NCBI GenBank assembly: GCA_037445735.1
Contig: JBBIJY010000010.1
Span: 3,664-67,663, forward strand
DNA from: Armatimonadota bacterium
Lineage (GTDB): Bacteria; Armatimonadota; Fimbriimonadia; Fimbriimonadales; GBS-DC
Direction: 5' to 3'
DNA length: 64,000 nucleotides
Shown: positions 9,143 to 18,737 of the stretch, piece after piece
Layout of the letters: each line of letters begins with the position of its first letter
How positions within the stretch are numbered: position 1 is the stretch's first letter
The notes under the pieces: generated by a model
Told to the model about the DNA's origin: nothing
Databases searched by the model: none
Seen by the model: the letters and a program-made list of their open reading frames with translations, nothing else
Position numbers and translations under genes: made by a program

Positions 9143-10106
9143 TACGAGCTGATGACCTCCTCTTTTTGACCTGGTCGGAGAGCCAGGTACGCAGGCGTTG
9201 AGCATCATCGCGCACGGTATACTCAAATCTCACATCGTCCAGTAAAGAAGGGCTATCGACACCAACTTTTGCCCGAATGATGGGTAGCAGTTCGCTGTCG
9301 ATTTCGTAGCCGATGCATGAGCGTCCGAGGCGATACGCTACTCGCATCGTTGTGCCACTGCCCAGAAACGGGTCCAGCACCGTCTCGCCCTTATAGGAGA
9401 ACAACAGCATCAGACGCCGTACCAGCTCTTCTGGAAATGCCGCGATGCCTTCTTCCAGCCGTCCCTGCAACGGCAATACATTTGTTATCTGCCATACATT
9501 CAGGTACCATTTTTGTTTTTGATACTCAACTAGATCGATTCGGGACTCTTCACGCCTGCCGGCGCAGATGCGTTGATAATCGAAGCGACCTTTCTGGAAA
9601 ATCAGCACGCTCTCCTGTACATTATCCGGGTAGTAATAGAGCGGGTATGGATGCTGAAGAATCACCCCACTGCGACGGCTGATGCGGATATAACCCTCTG
9701 GTTTAAGCCAGACGATGCGATCCCGATAGCGGAAGCCCGCCTCCAGGAAGATTCGGGTCATGTCCGCAACCACAGGGTAGCGCTCGCCGTCGACAAGCAC
9801 ATCGTCGCAAACGATGCAGGCAACGCGCCCTTCCTCCAGCACACGCCAGATTTCCTGTGCCACGGCACGCATCGATTCGAGATAAGCCTCGTAGCTCTGG
9901 AACAGGTTGGGATAGTCAAATGGGGCATTGAAGTAGGGCGGGCTGGTGAGAACCATCTGCACCGACCGTTCGGGCAACTCTGTCATATTCCGCGCGTCGC
10001 CGAAAATCACGCGCAGAATGCAGCGCTCTGGTGCACCTGCCTCTGGGGTATCAGCGGCTCGGTTCGCCAGACCATTCTGAATTGGTCGCTTCGCTGGCAT
10101 GGTCAT
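9108..10106 (-). CDS. Beta-class DNA methyltransferase (N4-cytosine or N6-adenine; SPPY type)
   Basis: Motif IV VLTSPPYFNAPFD at about residue 55 precedes motif I VLDPFLGSGTT at about residue 245, the beta permutation. SPPY is typical of N4mC enzymes. Confidence 0.85.
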   Translation of the reverse strand: MTMPAKRPIQNGLANRAADTPEAGAPERCILRVIFGDARNMTELPERSVQMVLTSPPYFNAPFDYPNLFQSYEAYLESMRAVAQEIWRVLEEGRVACIVCDDVLVDGERYPVVADMTRIFLEAGFRYRDRIVWLKPEGYIRISRRSGVILQHPYPLYYYPDNVQESVLIFQKGRFDYQRICAGRREESRIDLVEYQKQKWYLNVWQITNVLPLQGRLEEGIAAFPEELVRRLMLLFSYKGETVLDPFLGSGTTMRVAYRLGRSCIGYEIDSELLPIIRAKVGVDSPSLLDDVRFEYTVRDDAQRLRTWLSDQVKKRRSSARNAKGKTRSSRA

Positions 10107-11191
10107 CCCCTGCGTTGCATGAAGTCAAGCATAAAGTCGCGCAGTGCCTGCACGCCTTCGAGGGGCATGGCGTTATAGATCGAGGCGCGGCAGCCGCCGA
10201 CGGAGCGGTGTCCCTTCAGCTCGTACAGCCCGTTCGCCTGCGCCTCTTGCACAAACGCCTTCTCCAGCTCCTCGCTCGGCAGTCGCCAGGTCACATTCAT
10301 TACGGAGCGGCATTCGGGGTGCGCATGCCCGCGATAGAAGCCACCGCTCTGGTCGATCACCTCATACAGCAGGCTCGCCTTCTGGCGATTGAGCTGCTGC
10401 ATGCGTTCCAGCCCGCCAATCTCGTTCAGCAGCCAGCGCGTAACGAGCATCACGATATAGATGGCGAACACGGGTGGCGTGTTATACACCGATTGATGCT
10501 CGGCTTGCAGGCGATAATCGAGCATGGCGGGCAGATCGGGCGGCACACGCTCCAGCAGGTCCTCCCGAATAATCACGATGGTGACGCCAGCGGGTCCTGC
10601 GTTCTTCTGGGCGCCAGCGTAGAGGAGCGCGTAGCGTTCGATGGGCAGCGGGCGCGACAGGAAATCGGATGAGGCGTCGCACACCAGCGGCAGGTCGCCC
10701 ACAGGTGGCTCCTGCTGGAACTCCACGCCCTGAATCGTCTCGTTGGAGGTGAAATGCACATAGGCGGCGCTGGGATCGATGTCCAGTTCGTCGGGGCGTG
10801 GGGTTCGGGTGAAGTTCTCGTTTTTGCCTGACCACGCGATGCGCGCCCGCCCGACCTTGAGCGCCTCCTGAAACGCCTTCTCGCCCCACGAACCCGTGAG
10901 AATATAATCAGCCGAGCGGTCGCCCAGCAGGTTCATCGGCACCATCGCGAACTGCAGGCTCGCGCCACCCTGCAAAAACAGCACGCGATAATGAGCGGGG
11001 ATGTTCAGCAGCTGCCGCAGGTTCGCCTCCGTCTCCTGCAAAATGGCGTCGAACCATCGGGAGCGGTGGCTGATCTCCAGTACCGACATGCCGACGCCCG
11101 GCAGCGCCAGCAAATCGCGCTGCGCCTCCTGCAGCACGGGCAGCGGCAACACCGCCGGACCCGCCGAAAAGTTCCACACGCGCTCTGGCAT
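10103..11191 (-). CDS. serC: Phosphoserine aminotransferase
   Basis: 362 aa with the class V aminotransferase pattern, including FSAGPAVLP and YNTPPVFAIY segments typical of SerC. Confidence 0.85.
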   Translation of the reverse strand: MPERVWNFSAGPAVLPLPVLQEAQRDLLALPGVGMSVLEISHRSRWFDAILQETEANLRQLLNIPAHYRVLFLQGGASLQFAMVPMNLLGDRSADYILTGSWGEKAFQEALKVGRARIAWSGKNENFTRTPRPDELDIDPSAAYVHFTSNETIQGVEFQQEPPVGDLPLVCDASSDFLSRPLPIERYALLYAGAQKNAGPAGVTIVIIREDLLERVPPDLPAMLDYRLQAEHQSVYNTPPVFAIYIVMLVTRWLLNEIGGLERMQQLNRQKASLLYEVIDQSGGFYRGHAHPECRSVMNVTWRLPSEELEKAFVQEAQANGLYELKGHRSVGGCRASIYNAMPLEGVQALRDFMLDFMQRRG

Positions 11192-11206
11192 GACTGTCCC
11201 TCCAGC

Positions 11207-12637
11207 TTACAGAATGTATCGGCTCAGGTCGACATCCTTCACGATGTCGCCGAGTTTGTTGCGCACATAGTCCACATCGATGACGATTCGCTCGCCTGCG
11301 CGTTCGGGCGCCTCGAACGAGAGGTCTTCCATCAGCTTCTCCATCACGGTGTGCAGGCGGCGGGCGCCGATGTTCTCAGTACGGGTATTCACTTCGTAGG
11401 CGATGCGGGCAATCTCCTCAATCGCGTCGTCGGTGAATTCGAGTTCGACGCCCTCGGTGGCGAGCAGCTGTTGATACTGTTTGGTGAGCGCGTTGCGTGG
11501 CTCCCTGAGGATTCGGACGAAATCGGCGGCGGTCAGCGGCTCCAGCTCCACACGGATCGGCAATCGTCCCTGCAGCTCGGGAATGAGGTCGGAGGGCTTG
11601 CTCATATGGAACGCGCCCGCCGCGATAAAGAGGATGTGGTCGGTGCGCACGGGACCGTACTTGGTGATGACGGTGGAGCCTTCGATGATGGGCAGCAGGT
11701 CGCGTTGCACGCCTTCGCGGCTCACATCGGGACCGTACTGACTGCGCGCGCCAGCGATTTTATCGATCTCGTCCAGAAAGATGATGCCCGTCTGTTCGGC
11801 GCGCTGGATCGCTTCGCGAACGACGCTGGAGCGGTCGATGAGCTTGCGGGCTTCCTGCTGGGTGAGGATTTCGCGTGCCTCTTTGATGGTGACCACGCGG
11901 CGGGCACGGTTCTGTGGCACAAAGGGGTTGAAGGTGTCCACATCCATGCCCATCTCTTCGATGCCCTGCGCCGAGAACACCTGCAGGAAGGGGATGACGG
12001 GTTCCTCCACTTCGATTTCGATGGTTTCATCGTCGCGCAGTCCTGCGCGGATTTGTTCAGCGAGGGCGCGTCGGAGTCGGCGCCGCTCGGTTTCCGATTC
12101 TTCCGCGTTCTCATCCGATTCTTCCTGTTCAGGTGGGGTTTCGGTGCCGAAGATGAGGCGCATGAGGGGTGAGGGTGAGGTCTGGCGTCGGCGTCGGCGC
12201 GGGCGCAGCATCAGCTCCACGATGCGTTCCACCGCGCGTGCCTCCGCCCGCTCGCGCACCTCCTCCAGCTTCTCCTGCTCCACCATCCGCACGGCGACAT
12301 TCACCAGATCGCGCACCATCGAGTCGACATCGCGCCCCACATAGCCCACTTCGGTGAACTTGGTGGCTTCCACCTTGATGAAGGGCGCCTTCACCAGCGC
12401 GGCCAGGCGACGCGCGATCTCGGTCTTGCCCACGCCCGTGGGACCAATCATCAGGATGTTCTTGGGCATCACCTCGTCGCGCAGTTCCGGTGGCAGCTGC
12501 TGGCGACGGTAGCGGTTGCGCAGGGCAATCGCGACGGCACGCTTCGCCTTCGCCTGACCCACAATGTATTTATCCAGCTCCGCCACAATCTGGCGCGGAG
12601 TCAGCTCTTCAATCGGCAAAGTCGTTTCGGCTGGCAC
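11207..12637 (-). CDS. hslU: ATP-dependent protease ATPase subunit HslU
   Basis: [34 protein letters not shown], Walker [16 protein letters not shown] and [10 protein letters not shown] align with HslU. Start placed at a GTG (V30 of the tracked ORF); exact start uncertain. No hslV is adjacent. Confidence 0.9.
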   Translation of the reverse strand: MPAETTLPIEELTPRQIVAELDKYIVGQAKAKRAVAIALRNRYRRQQLPPELRDEVMPKNILMIGPTGVGKTEIARRLAALVKAPFIKVEATKFTEVGYVGRDVDSMVRDLVNVAVRMVEQEKLEEVRERAEARAVERIVELMLRPRRRRRQTSPSPLMRLIFGTETPPEQEESDENAEESETERRRLRRALAEQIRAGLRDDETIEIEVEEPVIPFLQVFSAQGIEEMGMDVDTFNPFVPQNRARRVVTIKEAREILTQQEARKLIDRSSVVREAIQRAEQTGIIFLDEIDKIAGARSQYGPDVSREGVQRDLLPIIEGSTVITKYGPVRTDHILFIAAGAFHMSKPSDLIPELQGRLPIRVELEPLTAADFVRILREPRNALTKQYQQLLATEGVELEFTDDAIEEIARIAYEVNTRTENIGARRLHTVMEKLMEDLSFEAPERAGERIVIDVDYVRNKLGDIVKDVDLSRYIL

Positions 12638-12702
12638 ATGCAGAAGTATACCCGCTGCTATGGGAATAATGGCGTTCAGGCAGGTATAATCCCTCAGGTG
12701 CT

Positions 12703-13308
12703 GTGATGCGACACTTCTGGACAATGATAGGGCTTATTGGGCTGATGGCGCTGGCGGCGGCGCAACCCCCACGCGAGACCCAGCAGAAGCTTGAGGCGGT
12801 TCGCGACCTGCTTCAGTTCCGTCTGGTGCAGTTGAGCGACTATTACTGGCACGAGGGACACCACTACAAAACGATGGCGCTGCTCTTCGTGCTGATCGAG
12901 TATGACCCGCAGGATGTGGAGGGCTTCGCCTCGCTGGGCTGGTTGCTCGATAGCTACGGGCAGACCGCGCGCGCGTTTCAGGTCTATGAGCGCGGCATCC
13001 GCGCCAACCCTGATCGGTACGACCTCTATTTTGAGGCGGGCTTCTGGTACTCTCAAAAGGGTGATTATCAGCGGGCGCGCGCCTATCTGGAGAAGGCGGT
13101 GAGCTTCAAAGAGGCGCCCATCTTCGTCTGGAAATCGCTGGCGCACACCTGCGAGCGCATGGGCGACTTAAAACGCGCCCTCGAAGCGTGGGAGAAAGCC
13201 AGACAGATGGACCCCACCGACGGCGCAGTTGAGCTGAACATGGCGCGCGTGCGCAGGAAATTGCAGGAACAGAGCGAACCGAACCGCAGCAGAGGTGGTC
13301 AGGGATGA
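12703..13308 (+). CDS. Secreted TPR-repeat protein
   Basis: N-terminal signal-like segment followed by TPR-like W/Y/A-rich helical repeats. Confidence 0.55.
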   Translation: MMRHFWTMIGLIGLMALAAAQPPRETQQKLEAVRDLLQFRLVQLSDYYWHEGHHYKTMALLFVLIEYDPQDVEGFASLGWLLDSYGQTARAFQVYERGIRANPDRYDLYFEAGFWYSQKGDYQRARAYLEKAVSFKEAPIFVWKSLAHTCERMGDLKRALEAWEKARQMDPTDGAVELNMARVRRKLQEQSEPNRSRGGQG

Positions 13309-13595
13309 TTTCGCCCATCGATCTGGTCATCTGGGTGTTGCAGGCGCTGGTAGTGATTATCATTCTGGATGTCATCTTCTCGTGGATACGGTTTGCGGGC
13401 GGGCGCGTGCCACGCTATAACCCGGTGGTGCGCTTTATCGAGCGGGTCGCGGACGCCATCCTGGACCCCTTCCGCCGCCTGCAGGAACGGCTCTTCCGCA
13501 GCGCTGGCATGAGCATGTTCCCCATCGACTTCTCGCCCGTGCTGGCGATAATTCTGATCCAGTTTCTGGTGGCGCTGTTGAACGGGCTGCGGTAA
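13305..13595 (+). CDS. YggT family membrane protein
   Basis: 96 aa with two TM segments and conserved NPVVRFIERVADAILDPFRR, typical of YggT/Ycf19. Confidence 0.7.
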   Translation: MISPIDLVIWVLQALVVIIILDVIFSWIRFAGGRVPRYNPVVRFIERVADAILDPFRRLQERLFRSAGMSMFPIDFSPVLAIILIQFLVALLNGLR

Positions 13596-13604
13596 GCCCC
13601 GTGT

Positions 13605-16259
13605 TCAACTCTGCAACTGCTGTCGGATCAGCTCGGGCAGGGTTTGCAGGGCGGTGGGTAGCTGGTCGGGCTGTTTGCCGCCTGCCTGAGCGAAGTCGGG
13701 CTTGCCACCGCCGGAGCCGTCGATGCGCTGTGCCAGCTCGCGTGCCAGCTGACCTGCGTGCAAGCCTCGCTGTACCCATTCAGGCGCGATTTTGACCACC
13801 AGCACGGCTTTGCTGTCCTGCGCCGTGCCGAGCGCGACCACGCCTGCGCCTCTCTGGATGAGCTGATCGGCGAGCGCGCCGAGCGATTTGCTGTCCGCGT
13901 CCGCGACCACCTGCGCTATTACAGGCACACCCGCTACTTCCACAGGCGTCATCGCGCCGACAGCCTGCGCGATGGCGCTTTGCCGAAGCCGCTCCAGTTC
14001 GTCTTGCAGCTCTTTCAGCTGGCGCGTGAGGCGTTCGACGGCGCGGGGCAGTTCGGGCACAGGCGTTTGCAGGCGTTCGGCAGCCTCACGGATGGCATGC
14101 TCGCGCTCGCGCAGCCACTGATAGAGCCAGCGCCCCGTGAGCGCCTCGACGCGCCGCACACCCGCCGCCACACTGCCCTCATGAACAATCTTGAACAGCC
14201 CCGCTTCGATGGTGTTGGTCAGATGGGTGCCTCCGCACAGCTCCAGCGAGAAGCCCGGTATCTCCACCATGCGCACGCGCTCGCCGTACTTTTCGCCAAA
14301 GAGCATCATCGCGCCGCGCCGACGCGCCTCCTCGATCGGCACATCGGTGTGAACCCGCACCTCCAGCTCTGCCAGAATCTTCTCGTTGACCAGCGATTCG
14401 ATGCGCTCCAGCTCGTCGGGTGTGAGGGCGCGCGGATGGGTGAAGTCGAAGCGCAATCGGTCGGGCGCCACCAGCGAGCCTGCCTGCACCACATGGGGTC
14501 CCAGCACGGTACGAAGCGCCGCGTGCAGAAGGTGAGTCGCCGTGTGGTTGCGTCGGATGTCCAGGCGGCGTTGTGCGGGCACACGGGCATACACCGTCTG
14601 CCCGATGGTCAGCTCGCCCGCCACGATGCGGGCGTGATGGAAGTAAAAATCGCCCGCTTTCTGGGTATCCAGCACTTCGGCTCTGCCGCCCGCCCATTCC
14701 AGGAGTCCCGTGTCGCCCACCTGTCCACCCGCTTCGGCATAGAAGGGGGTGATGTCCAGCACAATCTCCACCGTCTCGCCCTCGTGGGATGCGGGCACAA
14801 GATTGCCCTCTTTGACCAGCCCCACAACGGTCGCTTCGGCTTCGAGCTGGTCATAGCCCACGAATCGGGTTGGTGATGTCCGCTGCGCCAGTTCAGTGAG
14901 TGCGGCGCCCGTTTGCACGAAGAGCTTCTCGGAGATGCCGCTGGCTTCGCGGGCGCGGCGACGCTGTTCTTCCAGCGCGCGCTGAAAGCCTTCGATATCG
15001 ACCTGCACGCCCCGTTCCGCCGCGATCTCGCGCGTCAGCTCCAGCGGGAAGCCGTAGGTGTCATAGAGGGTGAAGGCGCGTTCGCCGGGCAATACGCCCG
15101 ATGTGGGCAGCTCGGTCAGCATCTCTTCCAGTCGTGTCAGCCCCGTCTGCAGCGTCTGGCGGAACCGCTCCTCCTCAAAGTGCAGCGTGCTTTCGATATA
15201 CGCCTGTCGCTGTACGATTTCGGGGTACTGGTCGCCCAGCGCTTCGATGACGGCGGGCACCAGTTCGGCGAGGAACGGCTTCTCCAGATTGAGGATGCGC
15301 AGCCCGCGCGTGATGGCGCGGCGGATGAGCCGCCGCAACACATAGCCGCGCCCCTCGTTCTGGGGGATCACGCCATCGGCGATGCTGAAGGTCGCCGCGC
15401 GAATGTGATCGGCAATCAGGCGAATGGCGGTGTCGCTGGCTTCGTCTGTTTTATAGGCGATGCCAGCTATCTGCTCGATGCGGCGCACAATGGGCGCGAA
15501 CACATCGGTCTCGTAAGGGCTTTCCAGCCCCATCAGCACCGCTGCCGTGCGCTCCAGCCCCATGCCCGTGTCGATGTTCTGCTTTGGTAGAGGAACCAGC
15601 TTCGGCTTGCCGTTCTCTTCCATGCGCTCGTACTGCATAAACACGAGGTTCCAGATTTCGAGCCAGCGTCCGCATTCGCAGGCGGGACCGCAGTCGGGAT
15701 TGTTGCAGCCTGTGTTCAGCCCGGTGTCGTAGAAGATTTCGGAGCAGGGACCGCAGGGACCGTTGGGACCCTCGCTGATGGCGTTCGCGGGCCAGAAGTT
15801 GGTCTTCTCGCCTAATCGCCAGATTCGGTCCGCTTCGATGCCCACCTCGCGGTGCCAGATGTCGAACGCCTCATCGTCATCCTGAAACACGGTGAACTGC
15901 AGGCGATTGGGGTCTACCTTCAGCCGCTCGGTGAGGAACTCGAACGCCCAGCGAATCGCTTCGCGCTTGAAATAGTCGCCGAAGCTGAAGTTGCCCAGCA
16001 TCTCGAAGAAGGTAAGATGCGACAGGTCGCCCACCGCGTCGATGTCGGTGGTGCGCAGGCACTTTTGCACGGTGGTGACGCGCGGCGCGGGCGGTTGCGC
16101 CGTGCCCAGAAAGTAGGGCTTGAACTGCACCATGCCCGCGCTGGTGAACAGCAGGGAGGGGTCTTTCGGCACGAGGCTATCGGAAGGGAGCAGCCGATGC
16201 CCCTTCTGCTGGAAGAACTCCAGAAACACCCGTCGCAGGTCGCGCGCGTTCCAGCTCAT
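13605..16259 (-). CDS. alaS: Alanyl-tRNA synthetase
   Basis: 884 aa; N-terminus MSWNARDLRRVFLEFFQQKGHRLLPSDSLVPKDPSLLFTSAGMVQFKPYFLG is canonical AlaS; editing-domain HxxxH/CxxxH motifs are present. Confidence 0.95.
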   Translation of the reverse strand: MSWNARDLRRVFLEFFQQKGHRLLPSDSLVPKDPSLLFTSAGMVQFKPYFLGTAQPPAPRVTTVQKCLRTTDIDAVGDLSHLTFFEMLGNFSFGDYFKREAIRWAFEFLTERLKVDPNRLQFTVFQDDDEAFDIWHREVGIEADRIWRLGEKTNFWPANAISEGPNGPCGPCSEIFYDTGLNTGCNNPDCGPACECGRWLEIWNLVFMQYERMEENGKPKLVPLPKQNIDTGMGLERTAAVLMGLESPYETDVFAPIVRRIEQIAGIAYKTDEASDTAIRLIADHIRAATFSIADGVIPQNEGRGYVLRRLIRRAITRGLRILNLEKPFLAELVPAVIEALGDQYPEIVQRQAYIESTLHFEEERFRQTLQTGLTRLEEMLTELPTSGVLPGERAFTLYDTYGFPLELTREIAAERGVQVDIEGFQRALEEQRRRAREASGISEKLFVQTGAALTELAQRTSPTRFVGYDQLEAEATVVGLVKEGNLVPASHEGETVEIVLDITPFYAEAGGQVGDTGLLEWAGGRAEVLDTQKAGDFYFHHARIVAGELTIGQTVYARVPAQRRLDIRRNHTATHLLHAALRTVLGPHVVQAGSLVAPDRLRFDFTHPRALTPDELERIESLVNEKILAELEVRVHTDVPIEEARRRGAMMLFGEKYGERVRMVEIPGFSLELCGGTHLTNTIEAGLFKIVHEGSVAAGVRRVEALTGRWLYQWLREREHAIREAAERLQTPVPELPRAVERLTRQLKELQDELERLRQSAIAQAVGAMTPVEVAGVPVIAQVVADADSKSLGALADQLIQRGAGVVALGTAQDSKAVLVVKIAPEWVQRGLHAGQLARELAQRIDGSGGGKPDFAQAGGKQPDQLPTALQTLPELIRQQLQS

Positions 16260-17356
16260 GGCTGTGTTGGATTCCCATCGAGAGAGTTAAGGGCATTCTG
16301 CAATTGCTGGGCAAAGGCATCCAGATTTTCGGCAGTCACCGCCATGCGGTGCAGCTCCTTCAGTAGAGTAATATCGGCTATCTGCTGCACACGCTGAGCG
16401 ATTGCTGGAGGCACCGCCCCAAACCGCGTTTCGAGGGTCAGCAATAGCGCCTGTTGTAGACCCTGTTCGATGCCCTGTTCGATGCCCTGTTCGATGCCCT
16501 GCTCGATACCTTGCAGAACGCCGCGCTCGATGGCGAACTTCTCCAGACTTGTAAGCGGCCACTCCGACTCTTGCTCTGCCTCATGAATCACCTGTTGAAC
16601 CAGCTGCTCATATTCCTTCGGCAGTACCATGATGAAATCCACCACCTTGTACAGTTCGATGATCTCCTCATGAGTATACCCGCGCGCTCGCAGCTCGCGC
16701 ACGAGGGCGATTTTCTCGCTCAGAAGGAGTTCAGGATTACCGCGCGCTCGCAAAGCCTGCAGGTGTGCCCGAATCACCATCGCAATTGCGCTCGTATGAG
16801 CCTGCAACTGCGCTTCATCCAGTTCGATGAGCTTGGCGGTGGGAAAGGAGAACAGAAGTCGGCAGCCCGCCAGCTCATTTTCATACGCTTGCGGTCGCCA
16901 GTCGGGTTCAGCATCCGCAAGGATTGCCAAACTTACAATGTTCGCTGACCTGTAGTAGTCGTAGAGACGATAGTAGTAGGTAAACATGCGCTGTTCAAAG
17001 GCAGGATCAGGCTGTGTTTGCACCTCCATATGGATAAACACCGCGCCTGGCGTGCCATTTTTGAAGCGCACTTCCGCCAAATGGTCTACATACCGCTTGC
17101 CCGTTTGAGCTTCGGGCACAAGGCGCGGCAGCTCAGTGTTGCGGAACACGACAGGCGCTCCCCAATCGATGAGTTGATGAACTTGCGGGAAGAGCAGCGC
17201 GAGCGTATCTTCGAAAAACGCGCTCAGCGCCAGCTTCCAGCCACTATCGAAATGGGCTTCCTCTCCCATTTGCTTGAGAGCGCTCCTGCCGATCCCTCCG
17301 TCGATTGAGGCAGTGTCTACCCGTGTGAGGGCTTTATTAACTATTCCTGATAGCAC
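16256..17356 (-). CDS. Rpn-family PD-(D/E)XK recombination-promoting nuclease / putative transposase (YhgA-like) with C-terminal DUF4351
   Basis: N-terminal block FKxLF...IDW...VDHLAEVRFKNGTPGAVFIHMEVQTQPDPAFEQRMFTYYYRLYD and the C-terminal LTLETRFGAVPPAIAQRVQQIADITLLKEL are family hallmarks. Contains an internal GIEQ tandem repeat. Confidence 0.65.
   Translation of the reverse strand: MLSGIVNKALTRVDTASIDGGIGRSALKQMGEEAHFDSGWKLALSAFFEDTLALLFPQVHQLIDWGAPVVFRNTELPRLVPEAQTGKRYVDHLAEVRFKNGTPGAVFIHMEVQTQPDPAFEQRMFTYYYRLYDYYRSANIVSLAILADAEPDWRPQAYENELAGCRLLFSFPTAKLIELDEAQLQAHTSAIAMVIRAHLQALRARGNPELLLSEKIALVRELRARGYTHEEIIELYKVVDFIMVLPKEYEQLVQQVIHEAEQESEWPLTSLEKFAIERGVLQGIEQGIEQGIEQGIEQGLQQALLLTLETRFGAVPPAIAQRVQQIADITLLKELHRMAVTAENLDAFAQQLQNALNSLDGNPTQP
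16441..16510. repeat. 15-bp tandem repeat (gccctgttcgatgcc) x about 4.7, encoding (GIEQ)n
   Basis: Directly visible as repeated tgttcgatgccctgttcgatgccctgttcgatgccctgctcgata. Confidence 0.9.
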
Positions 17357-17727
17357 CCGCAGCCGCCACAGCCGCAGCCGGGCACGCCCTCGGCGCCCTC
17401 TGCCTGAAACGACGAACCACAGCCGCAGGTGGCTATCGCGTTCGGGTTATCGATCTTGAACCCACCACCCAGCATGTCCTCCACATAGTCGATGGAGGAG
17501 CCGTCCATATACTGGATGCTCAGATTGTCCACATAGATTCGCACGCCGTGCGACTCGAAGATGAGATCGTCGGGTTCGGGTTCGGCGTCGTCGATCGCCA
17601 TCTGATACTGCAGTCCGCTGCAGCCGCCACCCGCCACCCACACGCGCAAGCTGGCGTTCGGGATGCCCTGCTCCTCCAGCAACGCTTTGATCTCCTGAGC
17701 CGCACGCTCGGTAAGTGTGATTGCCAT
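17341..17727 (-). CDS. erpA: A-type Fe-S cluster carrier (ErpA/IscA/HesB family) with an unusual Cys/Gly-rich C-terminal tail
   Basis: Conserved ATCGCGSSF motif; extra tail AEGAEGVPGCGCGGCGCYQE. Confidence 0.8.
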   Translation of the reverse strand: MAITLTERAAQEIKALLEEQGIPNASLRVWVAGGGCSGLQYQMAIDDAEPEPDDLIFESHGVRIYVDNLSIQYMDGSSIDYVEDMLGGGFKIDNPNAIATCGCGSSFQAEGAEGVPGCGCGGCGCYQE

Positions 17728-17889
17728 CGGTCTCTACCTCCACAGGGATTATACCCGACCGAACCCCGCTTCATGAGTGAGCCAGAACCCGCATTTCTGG
17801 CATGTGAAGGGGACGGCTGGATGTGGAAAAATGCTCCTGCAGGCGCCTGACACGGCGTCCGATACTCTTGCAACAGGAGGAGTGGAACG

Positions 17890-18318
17890 ATGCGACGAGC
17901 GAAGGGCTTTACCCTGATCGAGATGCTCGCGGTGCTGGTGATTCTGGTGACACTGGCGGCGATTGTGATCCCGCGCTTTATTAATGCGGGCACACGCAGC
18001 CGCGAAGCCGCTTTACGACAGACGCTGGCGGAAGTGCGCAACGCCATCTCCATCTTCCGCAACGACACGGGCTACTACCCCCAGCAGCTCAGCGACCTGA
18101 CGGCGACCACCCCACCGACTCAGGGCTATGACCGCTGGGGTCAGCTCCAGCCGATTGACCCTGCCGATTATCACGGTCCCTATCTGGATAAGCTGCCCAT
18201 CTGCCCCATTTCCAAGCAGCCGCTGCAGTACTATCGGAACGCGCAGACGGGCGCATGGGATGTGCGCAGCCCGTCCACCGCACGCGCACAGGACGGCACG
18301 CGCTACAACACCTGGTAG
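17890..18318 (+). CDS. GspG-like major pseudopilin / type IV pilin (prepilin N-terminal cleavage/methylation domain)
   Basis: N-terminus KGFTLIEMLAVLVILVTLAAIV (G|FTLIE prepilin motif) and GspG-like EAALRQTLAEVRNAISIFRNDTGYYP. Confidence 0.75.
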   Translation: MRRAKGFTLIEMLAVLVILVTLAAIVIPRFINAGTRSREAALRQTLAEVRNAISIFRNDTGYYPQQLSDLTATTPPTQGYDRWGQLQPIDPADYHGPYLDKLPICPISKQPLQYYRNAQTGAWDVRSPSTARAQDGTRYNTW

Positions 18319-18326
18319 GTGGTGTT

Positions 18327-18737
18327 ATGCAGGGTCGGGACTATCGCCAGCAGCGGGGTTTGAGCCTCGTGGAGGTGCTCATCGCGGTGGTTATCATCGC
18401 GGTGGGGCTGCTGGCGATTGCCGGCACGCTGGGCTGGGTCAGCCGTTCCAGCACCAAGCTACGCTACCAGAAAGTCGCCCTCACGCTGGCGGAAAGCAAG
18501 CTGGCAGAGCTGGAGGCTGACCCGGATCTCCCTGCCACACCCGTCACCCGGCTGTTCAGTGTGGGGCAACCCGTTAGCGACCTGCCGCGCGGAGCCGTGA
18601 TGCGGCTCTATTCCGAGCCGTTTCCGACGCCGACCGAAAAACGCCTGCGTCGGGTGCGAATCGAGGTGAGCTGGGGTGCACCCAACGACCCGCTCAGCGG
18701 GCGAATCGTGCGCGAGCGGCTCATCTGCTTGAGGTGA
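18327..18737 (+). CDS. Minor pseudopilin (GspI/PilV-like)
   Basis: Prepilin N-terminus RGLSLVEVLIAVVIIAVGLLAIAG. Start at ATG 18327 inside tracked ORF 18255..18737; 4-nt overlap with the next gene. Confidence 0.6.
   Translation: MQGRDYRQQRGLSLVEVLIAVVIIAVGLLAIAGTLGWVSRSSTKLRYQKVALTLAESKLAELEADPDLPATPVTRLFSVGQPVSDLPRGAVMRLYSEPFPTPTEKRLRRVRIEVSWGAPNDPLSGRIVRERLICLR

Noticed and set aside
10991-12172. 393-aa + strand ORF antisense to hslU (and 11722..12114, 11781..12344)
   Set aside because: No motifs. Overlaps a confidently identified HslU on the other strand. GC-driven open frame.
13758-14876. 372-aa + strand ORF antisense to alaS (plus several 60-170 aa ORFs within 13600-16260)
   Set aside because: Shadow ORFs inside the alaS coding region.
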